Positions 11,875-25,463 of a DNA stretch of 64,000 nucleotides are shown here, piece by piece. Positions within the stretch are counted from its first letter, which is position 1; every line of letters starts with the position of its first letter. A program made the translations under genes and the position numbers. Source of the DNA: Eledone cirrhosa (taxonomy: Eukaryota); assembly GCA_964016885.1 (NCBI GenBank), contig OZ024741.1, forward strand, positions 99,262,001-99,326,000, in the 5' to 3' direction. Under the pieces are notes generated by a model, which saw only the letters and a program-made list of their open reading frames with translations, did not search any database and had not been told where the DNA came from.

Positions 11875-12579
11875 CTTAATTTGGTATTCTTAAAGGCTAA
11901 CTGCCATGGTGATGGAGAAAATGTCAACATAATTTACCGCGCCTAAGCCGTAGTCTTCCATGTCTAACCTTCTACATGTTTCAAACGTTGGCTAGCAGGT
12001 AAATATCTGGCTTTAAGTTAAATAATAAATAATGGAATCCTTGAATTCATTTTGATTATCACGCAGTGCTGCATACATTGATCCTTCAAATATGCAGTTG
12101 AGTCACTAAATATAACTATATTTCAGCTGTTTGGTGGAATACATATTTAACAGAACAATGATGATTGGCCTATTTACCTCTCTTGCCTCATGCTAGCTGG
12201 TTGATATATATTGATAAGACAAATATGTAGTGTTATACAAATAATCATATTTCCTTAAAATAGTTAGGTTTCGATTCAAGTAATGACTAAGTATCTCTAG
12301 ACTTTTAGTAATATCCCAAAACGATGTAACATATGAGACATTTCTCGACTCTGAAAGTTCTACACAAGAATTATGGTCACATTTAGTCTGCAAACCAAAA
12401 TATTCTAAATTTCGGCTCATATATTACGTCTGATAGTATACAGTTCTCTAACTGCTATAGATCAGTCAATATATCAATATGATCAACCCTCCGAAACGAT
12501 CGTAAAACAATGAAAAAATTATGTAAAGTAACTTACTTGCCTTTGTTATTATTATCATTGTTAAACTAATATCTAACAC

Positions 12580-12626
<47 letters not shown>

Positions 12627-12634
12627 TACACACA

Positions 12635-12736
12635 CATACATACATACATACATACATACATACATACATACATACATACATACATACATACATACATACA
12701 TACACACACACATACATACATACATACATACATACA

Positions 12737-12770
<34 letters not shown>

Positions 12771-12775
12771 CATGT

Positions 12776-12806
<31 letters not shown>

Positions 12807-12840
12807 CATGTATACATACATACATGTATACATACATACA

Positions 12841-12872
<32 letters not shown>

Positions 12873-13121
12873 CACATGTATACATACATACATGCATACA
12901 TACATACATACATACATACATACATACACACATACATACGTACATACATACGTACATACATACATACATACATACATATATACATACATATATACATACA
13001 TACGTACATACATACGTACGTACGTACATATATACATACATACATACATACATACATACATACATACATACATACATACATACATACATACATACATACA
13101 TACATACATACATACATACAT
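12635..13121. repeat. Long (TACA)n microsatellite
   Basis: Direct reading. Confidence 0.95.
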
Positions 13122-13263
13122 AATGGCTGCGATAGCTGGCACCTTCAAAATTTGCAAAACATTCTTGCGATTCAAGGGATGACAATTTCTTTTCTTTTAC
13201 AACCTTGCCACCAGGACGGTGGCCGGTCAAAAAAATATACTCAAAATTAAGAGAAAGAGAAAA
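13122..13263 (+). mobile_element. 3' end of a second R4/Dong-like LINE family
   Basis: Encodes AIAGTFKICKTFLRFKG*, homologous to GTVKICKTFQKFCI* of the main family; different short 3'UTR; flanked by (CATA)n. Confidence 0.65.
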
Positions 13264-13309
13264 CATACATACATACATACATACATACATACATACATAC
13301 ATACATACA

Positions 13310-13345
<36 letters not shown>

Positions 13346-13860
13346 TCAGCACATTCTTTATTATTCCAACCCTACACTTGGATAATTTTTAGATAATAAG
13401 ATAAATATTTAAATATTTTTACCTTTATTTGGTGGCTGTTTTTGTTTAAATTATAATTTCCCTCCACTGATACAGCCCCTGTCACGTCTTAATATTAATA
13501 TTTTGTTGACGTCATAATTAATTCTCTTGCTATCTCAGCTCTTACTATCACAATACATAATACCCCTCTATCACGACCACCATTAGCACCACCAGCATCA
13601 GCATCCCCCACAAAAACTACCCACAGTCCACAACACCATACCACACAGTCTAGCCCGCCACTACACCACCAAGTACTCTTATCACCACACACACTTTACC
13701 TCTATAACATACACATTATATCCATTACAACCAACCACCACCCTACAGCACACGCTACCCACTCTTCTGCACAACCTACTACTACATACACTACCACCAC
13801 TCACTACCACTAGCCACAGTATCACTACACACAACCACCACACACTACTATCGAACACAC

Positions 13861-14228
13861 ATGCCATCACACACTACCATCACACATACTGTCACCACAC
13901 ACTACTATTACACACAATGCCATCACACTTTGCCACCACACACTACCATCACACATACTATCACCACACACTACTATTACACACAATGCCATCACACTTT
14001 GCCACCACACACTACCATCACACATACTGTCACCACACACTACTATTACACACAATGCCATCACACTTTGCCACCACACACTACCATCACATACTGTCAC
14101 CACACACTACTATTACACACAATGCCATCACACTTTGCCACCACACACTACCATCACACATACTGTCACCACACACTACTATTACACACAATGCCATCAC
14201 ACTTTGCCACCACACACTACCATCACAT
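13861..14228. repeat. 69-bp minisatellite, about 5.5 copies
   Basis: atgccatcacactttgccaccacacactacc... recurring at 13917, 13986 and onward. Confidence 0.9.
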
Positions 14229-14329
14229 ACACCACTACAGACGCCACCACCATCTACAACGCTACTACTACGACCACCACTACCGCCACACACACTAACA
14301 CTGTACACCATTATACACCACTACCTCCA

Positions 14330-15625
14330 GCAACTCTACCAACACTACACCTCCACCACTATCACCTCCACCACTATCACTACTTCTACCACCATTACCG
14401 CCACAACCACCACAGAAAACATTACCACCACCAACAACAACATCACAACTACTTCTGTAACCACCACCACCACCACCGCCACCACCACCTCCAGCACAAC
14501 TACCACCACCACCACTGACAACAACAACAACAACATCACAACCACTTCTGAAACCACCAACACCATCACCACCACCACCAGCACAACTACCACCACCAAC
14601 ACTACCACCACCACCACCTACATCACCACCACTTCTACAACCACCGCCGCCACCACCAGCACAACTACCACCACCAGCATTACCACCACCAACAACAACA
14701 TCACAACCACTTCTGAAACCACCAACACCATCACCACCACCACCAGCACAACTACCACCACCAACACTACCACCACCACCACCTACATCACCACCACTTC
14801 TACAACCACCGCCGCCACCACCAGCACAACTACCACCACCAGCATTACCACCACCAACAACAACATTACAACCACTTCTGAAACCACCAACACCACCACC
14901 ACCACCACCACCACCACCACAACTACCACCACCAACACCACCACCACCACCACCACCACCACAACTACCACCACCAGCATTACCACCACCACCACCACCA
15001 CAACCACTTCTGAAACCACCAACACCACCACCACCACCACCACCACCACAACTACCACCACCAACACCACCACCACCACCACCACCACCACCACCACCAC
15101 CACAGCTACCACCACCAGCATTACCACCACCAACAACAACATCACAACCACTTCTGAAACGACCAACACCACCACAACTACCACCACTTCTACAACCACC
15201 GCCACCACCACCACCACAACTACCACGACCAGCATTACCACCACCACCAACAACATCACAACCACTTCTGAAGCCACCAACACCACCACCACCACCACCA
15301 CCACCACCACCAACATCACCACCACTTCACAACCACCGCCGCTACCACCAGCACAACTACCACAACCAACATCACCACCACTTCACAACCACCGCCGCCA
15401 CCACCAGCACAACTACCACCACCAGCATTACCACCGCCAACAACATCACAACCACTTCTGCAACCACCCCTACCACCACCAGCAACACTACCACCAGCAG
15501 CACCACCCCTACCACCACCACCACCGCCACCGCCGCCACCACTACCAGCACCACCACTACCACTACCACCACCACCGCCACCGCCGCCACCACCACTACC
15601 ACTACCACCACCATCGCCACCGTCA
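14330..15625. repeat. (ACC/ACA)n low-complexity array with a 165-bp higher-order repeat
   Basis: TCTGAAACC landmarks at about 14550, 14715 and 14880; produces a Thr-rich open frame. Confidence 0.85.
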
Positions 15626-16484
15626 TCTACCTAGCCATATTTCTTAATCCTCACATTAATATTATTTTTCATTTTTTCCATAATGTTCTGTTGTTTTCAG
15701 TCATTTTGAGTTCTGTTGTTACTTTTGTTGTTAGTTGTGTTGTGTTTTTTCTGTTGAGTTTATTGTGTTGTGTTTGCTGTATTATGTTTGTTGTGTTATA
15801 TTTGCTTTATTGTATTATTCGAATTTATTGTTTTCCTTCTGTTGTTCGCCTGTACTCTTGTCTATGTTTCTTGTTATTGTTGTTGTTGTGATTGTTCTGT
15901 TGTTTTTTATGCTGTTTGTATTGATGCATTTATTTATTTCATTGTATTATCGTTCTTTAACTTTTTGATTTTATTGTTAATTTCTTTTTTCTTTTTTGCA
16001 TTTCATGTTTAGTTTCGTTTGGTTTTGGTGTATTTTTTTTGTTTTTTGTTTTTTTGTTTCTAACCTCCTTCTCCCCTCTGCCACCCCTCCTTTTATCTAT
16101 CGATTTTCGTTAATTTGATCTTTCTCGATATTTCTAATTCTGCTAGTAAATCTATGTCCTTCCATTTAAGGTGAATTAAAGAAGTCTGTTGCTTTCGAAG
16201 AATTCGCTGACTAGAACTACATACGCTCTTTTACAAATAAGAGAGCTTCTATCTGGTTGCATGACCTGCTAGAAATAGTAGTTGAATCTATCTCAAATCG
16301 CACCCCACCGTCTTAGATAATGTGCTCCTGGGTCCCATGAACATAGAAAAAGGACGAAATGGCGTGATTTTTGCTATACGATTGTTCATAGGTCTGCCTG
16401 TTCACAGTTGTTCTGCTGCTAAACAGTAATTACACACACACATACACACAGACACACACATACACAGACATACACAGTGCGCGC

Positions 16485-16537
<53 letters not shown>

Positions 16538-16539
16538 GG

Positions 16540-16870
16540 TCTCCGTCTGTTTCGACGATGATTGTTTCATTTGTTCGATTAGCTGAACGACCTGCTCATG
16601 AAATGAACCTAAGTGGCTAAGCATTCCACAGATATGAGAACCATTAGCGTAATTCACAGGAACATTCAGCATGATACAGTGTATGACAAGTTTACCCCTT
16701 TGAATTAAAGATACAATCGATCCGACGGGGTCCTTCCAATCAGTTCCTGTCCATATCATTTCACTCACAAGGCATTAATCGACTCGAGTCTATCGTCAGT
16801 GACATTTATCCAAGATGTCACCCGGGACCTAATGATTGTGGAGCGAATTTTTTAATCATGCTATGTCCAC
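16540..16870 (-). mobile_element. Degenerate SINE (second family)
   Basis: Similar to 1540-1702 and about 32990-33225 (AAGTGGCT.AG.ATTCCACAGA, ATTTCACTCACA). Confidence 0.5.
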
Positions 16871-17393
16871 TACTTCTTGTGACGCTAAACTCTGCCAGTT
16901 GCAGACTGCGCATCAACATGTGATACCTCTCTCCACAAAGTTTGATCACCAGCAGCAGAGTTCAAAGAGCAAAGATCAAGTCTAGTCCATAAGTTGACAT
17001 TATTAAGCCAATGTCCACTACACATGGTGGATTTTCCGTCGGGCTCGACGAAGAACATTCAGTTGTTCGACTAATTGATTTCCTACATGAGAAATTAACA
17101 TAGAAGAAAATGTGTGTAAGCTGGAGATAAACCACGTCGAATCGACGTGACAAAATATGACCAGGTTGGACCTTAAAACTGTAGCTACAATTCTAAAGAG
17201 AGGGAGAGGGGAAAGAAAGTGAGAGAGAAAAATAGATATATAGAGAGAGATCAACAACGCTACTGAAATAAATTGACTTTGGCAGGATTTGAACTCAGAG
17301 CCAAAAGGCCGGATCAAATACCGCAAGCAACTCTATCCGACACGTTAACGACTCGGCCAATTCCCCGTCTTACACACATATAAACGCACGCAC

Positions 17394-17477
<84 letters not shown>

Positions 17478-18329
17478 ACACACGCATGTTATACTTTCAT
17501 GATAAACGCACAACATAAAACCCACGCACATATAATCAGATAAATATACACTCTTGCACATACACAAACACCTAAACACGCACACATAAACTCATAGATA
17601 CATACTAACAAACATATATACAGACATACATGCATATATACAGGCATAAATACACACATACATACAAACATACATATATACATACATACAAACATACATA
17701 CAACATATATACAAGCATACATACAATCATACATACATACAAACACATATTCATACAGACATATTCACACTATGTATTCAGCATACAACTAGTGTGTGTA
17801 TGTGTATGAATGTGTTTTAGTTAGTTATTAATACCACATTGAAAATATTCCTCCTCTTTAGCGAAAACAAACAAAAACTCCCTCATTAATACACCTCCAG
17901 CCCATCCATTTCATGGCACATAATTATCTTTATAATTCACACACTATTTTTATTATTATTATAATTATTATTATTTTCATCATCATCCTCATCATCATTA
18001 CTATTGCTATGATTATTATTGTCGTTGTTCTTGTTGTTATTGTTGAAGTTTAGTTGTTGTTGATGTTAATATTTTATTGGGCATTTTATTTTTCTTGATT
18101 CGTTGTTATACAAATTCTGCATTATCAATGTTATTGTTGATTCTGCGAAGGAAAACATCATTTTTATAATTTGTCATTGTAATGTTTCCTCATCCGTTGG
18201 CCTTGTGGCAGATAAAAGATATAGTACTATAATTATTATTAAAAGAAACCATAATTATTATTATCACTATTATAACACTTAAATTGCTGAATCTGTGCCA
18301 ATATTAGAAATAATTATTATATCTCTTAA

Positions 18330-19050
18330 CATTCTCAGTTCAAATCACCAAGGTCAATCTTGCTTCTCATCCTTCCGAGGTCGATAAAATAAAGTACCAG
18401 TTAAGAACTGGGGTTGATATAATAGATTCTCCCCTCCCACCCAAATTGCTGGTCAATCTTCCCTTTCATCCTTTTGGGATCGATAAAATAAGACAGCAGT
18501 CACGTACTAAGGTTAATATAATCGTCTACACCCTCCCCATAAATGTCTGCCCTCGTACCTATGTTAGACATTATCATAACATTAATGTTGTTAAACGGTG
18601 GAGTAGCATTATCGGTAGAGCATCGGACATTATACTTTGTGGCGTATATATACGTCCCTTTACAGTCTGAGTTAATTTTACCGCCTAGGTTAATTTTGCC
18701 TTTCATCCTTACGAGGTCGATAAAATAAAGTACCAGTAATGCATTGGGTCGATTTAATCGACTTTCCTCTCCCTTCAAATTGCTGGCCTTGTGCCTAAAT
18801 CAGAAACCAATATTACCACTGTTAATGATATTGTAATTATCATCATTATAGACATTATTAATATTATTACTGCTGTTATGGTGGTTTGGCCGAATTAGTA
18901 GATGTTCTGAGTTCAAATCCCGCTAAGGTCAACGTTGCCTTTCATTCTTTCGTGATCGATGAAATAAAGTACCGATAACGTACTGGGGTTCATTTAAACA
19001 ACTTCTCTCTTCCCAATAAATTTGCTGATCTTCTGTTTCAATTGGAAATC
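18330..19050 (+). mobile_element. Cluster of four degenerate major-family SINEs
   Basis: Four GCC/TTTCATCCT..(G/A)TCGAT(A/G)AAATAA cores at about 18370, 18470, 18700 and 18940. Confidence 0.75.
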
Positions 19051-19089
19051 AATATTATAACCATTGTTATGATAATTATTTCTTTCTAG

Positions 19090-20225
19090 TGTTGTTAAAA
19101 CATGGTCAATTTGGCTCTCTTGAATTTGGATTATTAACTGGTTTTAAGCGAAGAAATGTTCCTACTTTATATGCGTACCATTTCTACCTTACTTATAGCT
19201 AGTATTTACAGTATCTACTTGTGAGGACTGCAGTCAAAGACCTTATGGTAGTCAGTCTATGCCATACTCAAACGCATTTTTCTCCTGCAATCTTGAGCAG
19301 TTATCAATAAACTTTCTGTTTCTCTCTTAAGATCACCTGTTACCAACCGGTTCCATGAATCCTACGCTTACTTCTTTCGTTTCTCTTTCAAATTGACCAT
19401 GTTTGTAATTTTCTTTACTTTCAATTGTTTCAATGCATAGGCCTCTGCTTTTGGCAACACGCTTTAAAAGGTTTTCTTTACTACTGGCCAAATACGATTC
19501 TTAGGACTTGCATTCGTTAGCAGCGCAATCTTTCACACAAGTCCTTGACCTCATACGTTTCGTGGTGTACATAGCCTGATGACATTTGCCCTTAGGTGCA
19601 ATGCACTGTGTCAACCATTTTCGGCTATCCAACGTCTCTATTTCTTCTTTGCTCCAATTCAAAATAGCTTAATTATATCTAATAACTGGCACAGCCCAGA
19701 CATTGATAGCGGTAAGTACATTCTTCCCATTCAATTTCGTTTGTAGTAGCAGTTCTAAGCTACTTAGATAGACTCCCTTCACATTTCCTTTCATCTTCAC
19801 ATTTACAAATTTGTGAAGCTCCAATATGCCCAGATATGTGTACCCACTATCGTCAGGGTCACCAATCGACTCTACATCAAGTAATTCTATCCCACTACAT
19901 GCCTACCTCTCATCGTATTCGGAATGACATAGTGTCCGCCCAACACCAGTGGACAGATTTGACCAGTGAGTCAACCTGAGATTCATTCCTACCAAAGAGC
20001 TTCAGACTATCCATGAAATGTAGATGATTAATCTTAGGTCCTCTGTTTTCCATCTAATAACCAATATCTGTATCCCGTAAGACCATTGATAGTGGAATCA
20101 TGGCAATCACAACAAGCAATGGTAAGAAGGAATCTCATTGAAATACTCCTCTTCCTATATTGACCACACCTAGGTGTTTATTTCCTGCATACAGGTTTGT
20201 CTTGCACAAAGGCATACTAGACTCC
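19090..20225 (-). pseudogene. Highly decayed RLE-type (R4/NeSL-like) RT fragment
   Basis: Minus strand gives GVFQ*DSFLPLLVVIAMIPLSMVL and DSGYTYLGILE; many stops. Confidence 0.55.
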
Positions 20226-20239
20226 ATTACATTAATAAC

Positions 20240-20424
20240 TGCTTCTACTTTTGGCACAAGGCCAGCAATTACCCAGTACATTACTGGTACTTTATTTTAT
20301 CGACCCCATAAGGATGAAAGGCAAAGTTAACCTCGACGGGATTTGAACTCAGACCGTAAAGGGACGTAACTATGCTAGAAAGCATGGCGTCCGACCCTCT
20401 ACCGATACTGCCAATTCACCGCTC
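20240..20424 (-). mobile_element. tRNA-derived SINE (major family) with long TSD
   Basis: ctccattacattaataac on both sides of a full-length copy. Confidence 0.9.
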
Positions 20425-20529
20425 TCCATTACATTAATAACACTGAGTGCTATCCCAAATGTTCTCAAACATTTCAGTTCCCAAATTGCTGGCCTTGTGC
20501 CAAAAGTAGAAACTATTGTTTATACTACC

Positions 20530-20765
20530 ATGGACATCCTCACAATCACCATCATTACCATCATTATTATCATCATCATTATCATCACCACCCACACTAC
20601 CACCATTACCATCACCGCGATTACAAATACTATCATCATCATCTTCATCACCATCACCATCACCATCATCATCATCATCATCACCATCATCATCGTCACC
20701 ATCATTATCATCATCATCATCATCATCATAATCGTCATCATCATAATTATCATCTTCATCAGTAT
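20530..20765. repeat. (CAT)n-type low-complexity repeat
   Basis: Direct reading. Confidence 0.9.
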
Positions 20766-21209
20766 CACTAACCAGACGTATCATTATCCACCCTACCAAC
20801 ATCCTCATCCTTCAAAAAAATCACCTCTGTACAACGTGTTTGTTTTGATTCATTCAGTCCATATTAGTTTTAAAGCGGAAGGACAATGACGTCATGCGAT
20901 ATCTAGTAGTACCTTTCCGCCATTTTTGACTCATACCCCATTATTGACTTTTAAGCATCTGTCGTCACCGGTAGAGAGCAATTATAAATGCTTTTGTTGC
21001 TAGTTTATATCTTTGGTACCTTTGATCTTACCGCCTAGTTATTTCGACTGGGAGGGGGATGTTTTTACTTTTACACTAATTTTTACCTTTTGTTATTTAT
21101 TAATTTTATGTATAATAATTGTTGCTGTTGTTGATGCTGTTGTTGTTGTTTTAGTTGTTGTTTTAGTTGTTGTTACTCCCGCCCACATTATTGTTTATTT
21201 ATTTCGTTG

Positions 21210-21820
21210 TTGGGTTGGCTGGCTGGCTGGCTGGTAAGCTGGATGGTTGATTGGCTGGCTGGTTAGTTAGTTGGTTGGCTGATTGGTCGGCTGGCTGGTC
21301 GCTGGTTGGTTGGATGGTCGACTGGGTGGTTGGTTGGTTGGCTGGTTGGTTGGTTAGTTGGTTGGCTGGATGGTTGGCTGGCTAGATGGCTGGTTGGCTG
21401 GCTAGATGGCTGGTTGGTTGGCTGGTTAGGTGGATGGCTGGTTGGATATTTAGGTGGATGGCTGGTTGGCTGGTTGGCTGGTTGGTTGGTTGGTTAGGTG
21501 GAAGGCTGGTTTGATGATTGGCTGGTTGGTTGGTTGGTTAGGTGGATGGTTGGTTGGCTGGTTGGCTGGTTGGTTGGTTGGTTAGGTGGATGGCTGGTTC
21601 GATGGTTGGCTGGTTGGTTGGCTGGTTAGGTGGCTGGCTGGTTGGCTGGTTGGTTGGTTGGTTGGCTGGTTGATTAGGTGGATGGCTGGTTGGATGGTTG
21701 GCTGGTTGTTGGTTGGTTGGTTAGGTGGATGGCTGGTTGGCTGGTTGGCTGGTTAGGTGGATAGCTGGTTGGCTGGTTGACTGGTTGGATGGTTGGCAGG
21801 TTGGCTGGTTGGCTGGTTGT
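21210..21820. repeat. (GGTT/GGCT)n tetranucleotide array
   Basis: Direct reading; complementary-type repeat also at 1-100. Confidence 0.9.
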
Positions 21821-22016
21821 TTATTTGGATATGTTTTCCTTTTCATTTTTTTGTCTTTGGTTGGCCTCTCAAAAGCATTACATCCGCTTCAGTAAGTCAA
21901 CTGATGCTATTGTCCAATAGTGAAAAGGTATTTTAGTTACGATGGAGATCGATAAAAGATAACTGCCAAACAACACCTCTGTATATATATGTATGTGTAT
22001 GTGTGCGCGTATGTGA

Positions 22017-22081
<65 letters not shown>

Positions 22082-22961
22082 AGAGAGAGGGTGAGTGCGT
22101 ATGTATATATGCATGTATATATTTAGGGATGGATGGATGTACGTATGTATAAATATATGTACACTTGTACTTTTGTAAGTACGTATGTACGTATGTATAT
22201 GTACGTGTACATGTATGAGTGGGTGTGTGCATGTGTGTATTTGTGTGTATGTATATATGTATATATGTATATATTTAGGGATGGATGTATGTATGCATGT
22301 TTGTAGGTATGAATATATGTATGTAAGTACTTTTGCAAGTACGTATGTACCTATGTATGTATGTACCTATGTACATATGTATGTATGTATGTACCTATGT
22401 GCGTATGTACGTATGTACATATGTACGTATTGACATATATGTATTTATGTATGTATATTTATGTATGCATGTATGTTTATATGTGTGTATGCATGTAAGT
22501 ATGTATATATGTATGTATATATGTATGTTTATATGTATGCATGTATGTATGTGTGTATGTATGTGTGGATGGCTGAATGAATGTATGTATTCAGAGTGTG
22601 AGAGTCTAAATCATAGGTTGTTCATAGTAACAGTGAACCATATATCGCCATTACATATCTTTTTACTACATTTCTCATTGTGCTTCTTGTTAGGTGTAAA
22701 TTGATTATTTTGCATAGCCACAAGGCTTTGCATTTGTAGAGGGAAAAAAAACAACTCATCTTTTCTATTGCCATGCCTGACTGAATTCTGATACTATGAC
22801 TACTGTCGTAGCAAAACCCGTTGATACGGCAAGCAAAGCAGGAGCCCTGATGGGATTGATCGATTTGCTAGCAACAGCAGTCAAATATCTCTTAAATCAC
22901 AACCTAGCATCTTAAAGAAAATGAAACTTGAAAGGATAACGTAGTCATACATATATTTAGT

Positions 22962-23085
<124 letters not shown>

Positions 23086-23942
23086 CATATATATATATAT
23101 TCATATATATATATATATATCAAGGGCGGCGCCCCAGCATGACCTCAGCTGGATGGTTGGAACAGGTAAAAGAGTAAAAGAGTCTCTATATATATGTAGC
23201 TAAATCTCTCTCTCCCTCCCTCTCTCATCAAACACATATAACTATGCTCATGGCGAGAAATTAAAGCGAACAGAGCAATCTAACAAATCACTGCTGTCAC
23301 TACTTTAGTTGTACATAGCCTGTGGTATCTATTTACAGTTAAGCGGACTGAGCTATTACATAATTAACTGTCTTCGTAGTCACGAGCAATGACATCCACA
23401 TTGTCAGTGATAAGACTTGAACTGCGAGCCTCTCAGCGGGCTGCTTAATGCATTTTTCACATGGTCATCTTCCATGGTTTTGATTCACTTTGTACATTTG
23501 TTGTTATTGTTGTTGTTGTTGTTGTTGCTGTTAAGAAAATGCATTTGAATCGTGATCATCCCTTTTGACAAAGTCGTGAAGCCGTCAAATTAAGTATCAG
23601 TATTTGTTCCGGCTTAATACTCAAATCCCACCAAAGCCAACTTTGCCACTCATCTTTTCAAGGTCGATAAATAAAGTACTAGACGAATACTGAGGCTTAG
23701 TCTTCCTCTATTTCACTTTATCACTTGCTTTCTCTTTCTTTCTTTGGCAGAATTGGGACGTGGAACAGGATCCCTGGAAGGGATGAGCTCCACCAGGTCT
23801 TAAGTGCCCACGATGTGTGACAAGGTGGTGCCTCTACGGCTCCACAAAAGTTAAGAGCCCCTTACTTGATACATTATCTTATTGTTTTTGTCATTTTTAA
23901 TGATAGTAGAATGTAGTTTGACGGAGGTTTGGTTGTTATTTA

Positions 23943-24071
23943 GAAGATGAAGAAGAAGAAGAAGAAGAAGAAGAAGAAGAAGAAGAAGAAGAAGAAGAAG
24001 AAGAAGAAGAAGAAGAAGAAGAAGAAGAAGAAGAAGAAGAAGAAGAAGAAGAAGAAGAAGAAGAAGAAGAA
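23943..24071. repeat. (GAA)n microsatellite
   Basis: Direct reading. Confidence 0.95.
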
Positions 24072-24757
24072 GGCACTAATGTGAAAATGTATATATATGT
24101 ATATAATAACAACGACGACACCAAGAAAAACTCCGTTTCGACCATCTGTTTAAAAATCTACTTCTCGATATGGGAACCAATTAGAGAGGCGGGACTTGGG
24201 GAGAGCTAAAAACAAACAAACGTTGATGGGGTCACGAAAAAGTTACCTAGAGTGGAAGGTTAAAGGGTTCTGCTATTTCTTCTCATATACAATATAACGA
24301 CTCAAGCCCCCCCCCCCCCTCCACAACACCTCCAGCCTCCATAACTGCACGATTTTCTCCCCATTTGCTTATCCTCTGTCTCTCTTTCTCTCACGCCCCT
24401 CTCTCCCTGTCTCTCCCTCTCTGTCTCACCCTTCTCTCCCTCTTTCTCTTTCTCCCTCTTCTACACCCTGTCTTCATATTCGTAAATCTGTATTTAAACA
24501 TATGCATCTCTGTGTGACAGTGCAAATATGGATATAAAATTCTTAAAATAAAAAAGGTTTCGTGTACCGTCAGATGGGCTGAAAAATATGACGTTTCGGG
24601 CAGGCTTCTGCTTTGAAGAAATATAAATGTACTGTGTTTATATTCACATTTGGGCATGTTTCCTTTATTGCAAACGCACACTGACACACACACACAAACA
24701 CAAACACACATACACAAACACAAAAACGCACACACACAAACGTACGTACATACATAC

Positions 24758-24904
24758 ATGGTGGCTGCCAACTCGTTTTCGAGTACAGCCATTACTTTAT
24801 ATCCATGTAGAAGAATCCCTACCGATGCGCTGAACGAGTGTGACTTTTTAGACCAGCCAGCGACTTGAAAACTCTGGTACAAACACTACACTTGTGACAA
24901 TTAT
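24758..24904 (+). mobile_element. Structured element type C (head only)
   Basis: Matches 6984-7130. Confidence 0.75.
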
Positions 24905-24918
24905 GTATACATACATAC

Positions 24919-25406
24919 ATCAAAGATTAGTGAAAAGGAGAACATTTATGCAGAACTGATGAGAAATCTGCAGATACTTCACCCTGATTACACCTTCAGA
25001 TTTATGCCTGTGATTATTGGGGCACTGGGATATGTTAGTAACTGCCTCAATACAAATCTTGAGAAGCTAGGCTTCACAAGAACAGAAAGAACACAACTAG
25101 TTAGGAAATTACAAGTACAATCCATTAATGGAACAGTAAAAATATGTAAGACATTCCAAAAATTTTGCATCTAATAACTGCATATACACATATACAGATG
25201 CAAAGCATATACACATGCACACATACAACTCAAAACATCCACATCCACACATACAATAACATCCATATCTATACATGCATGCATACATACATACATACCT
25301 ACCTAGTTGATGTTATGTAAATTCCAATGAGAGAGTCTTGTGTCTATGTTAGAAACCGACTCCCTCTCTATTGGTAAAACTTTGTGAAATTATAAAACCA
25401 GAAGAA
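24919..25406 (+). mobile_element. R4/Dong-like LINE 3' end
   Basis: Same 5' break (ATCAAAGATTAG) as the copy at 7389; ends CCAGAAGAA|CATA. Confidence 0.85.
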
Positions 25407-25432
25407 CATACATACATACATACATACATACA

Positions 25433-25462
<30 letters not shown>

Positions 25463-25463
<1 letters not shown>

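Noticed and set aside
13122-13130. ATGGCTGC start suggesting a fourth structured-element type
   Set aside because: The sequence is coding DNA of a LINE C-terminus and lacks the head hairpin and core
13917-15647. 576-aa Thr/His-rich ORF as a real gene
   Set aside because: Low-complexity C/A repeats lack stops by composition; no signal peptide or domain, and the repeat frame shifts within the ORF
21210-21820. Telomeric repeat (occasional GGTTAGG)
   Set aside because: The array is (GGTT/GGCT)n with sporadic variants, not (TTAGGG)n
24580-24625. GCCC-GAAACGTC hammerhead 3' half on the minus strand
   Set aside because: No CUGANGA or stem I upstream; too decayed to call
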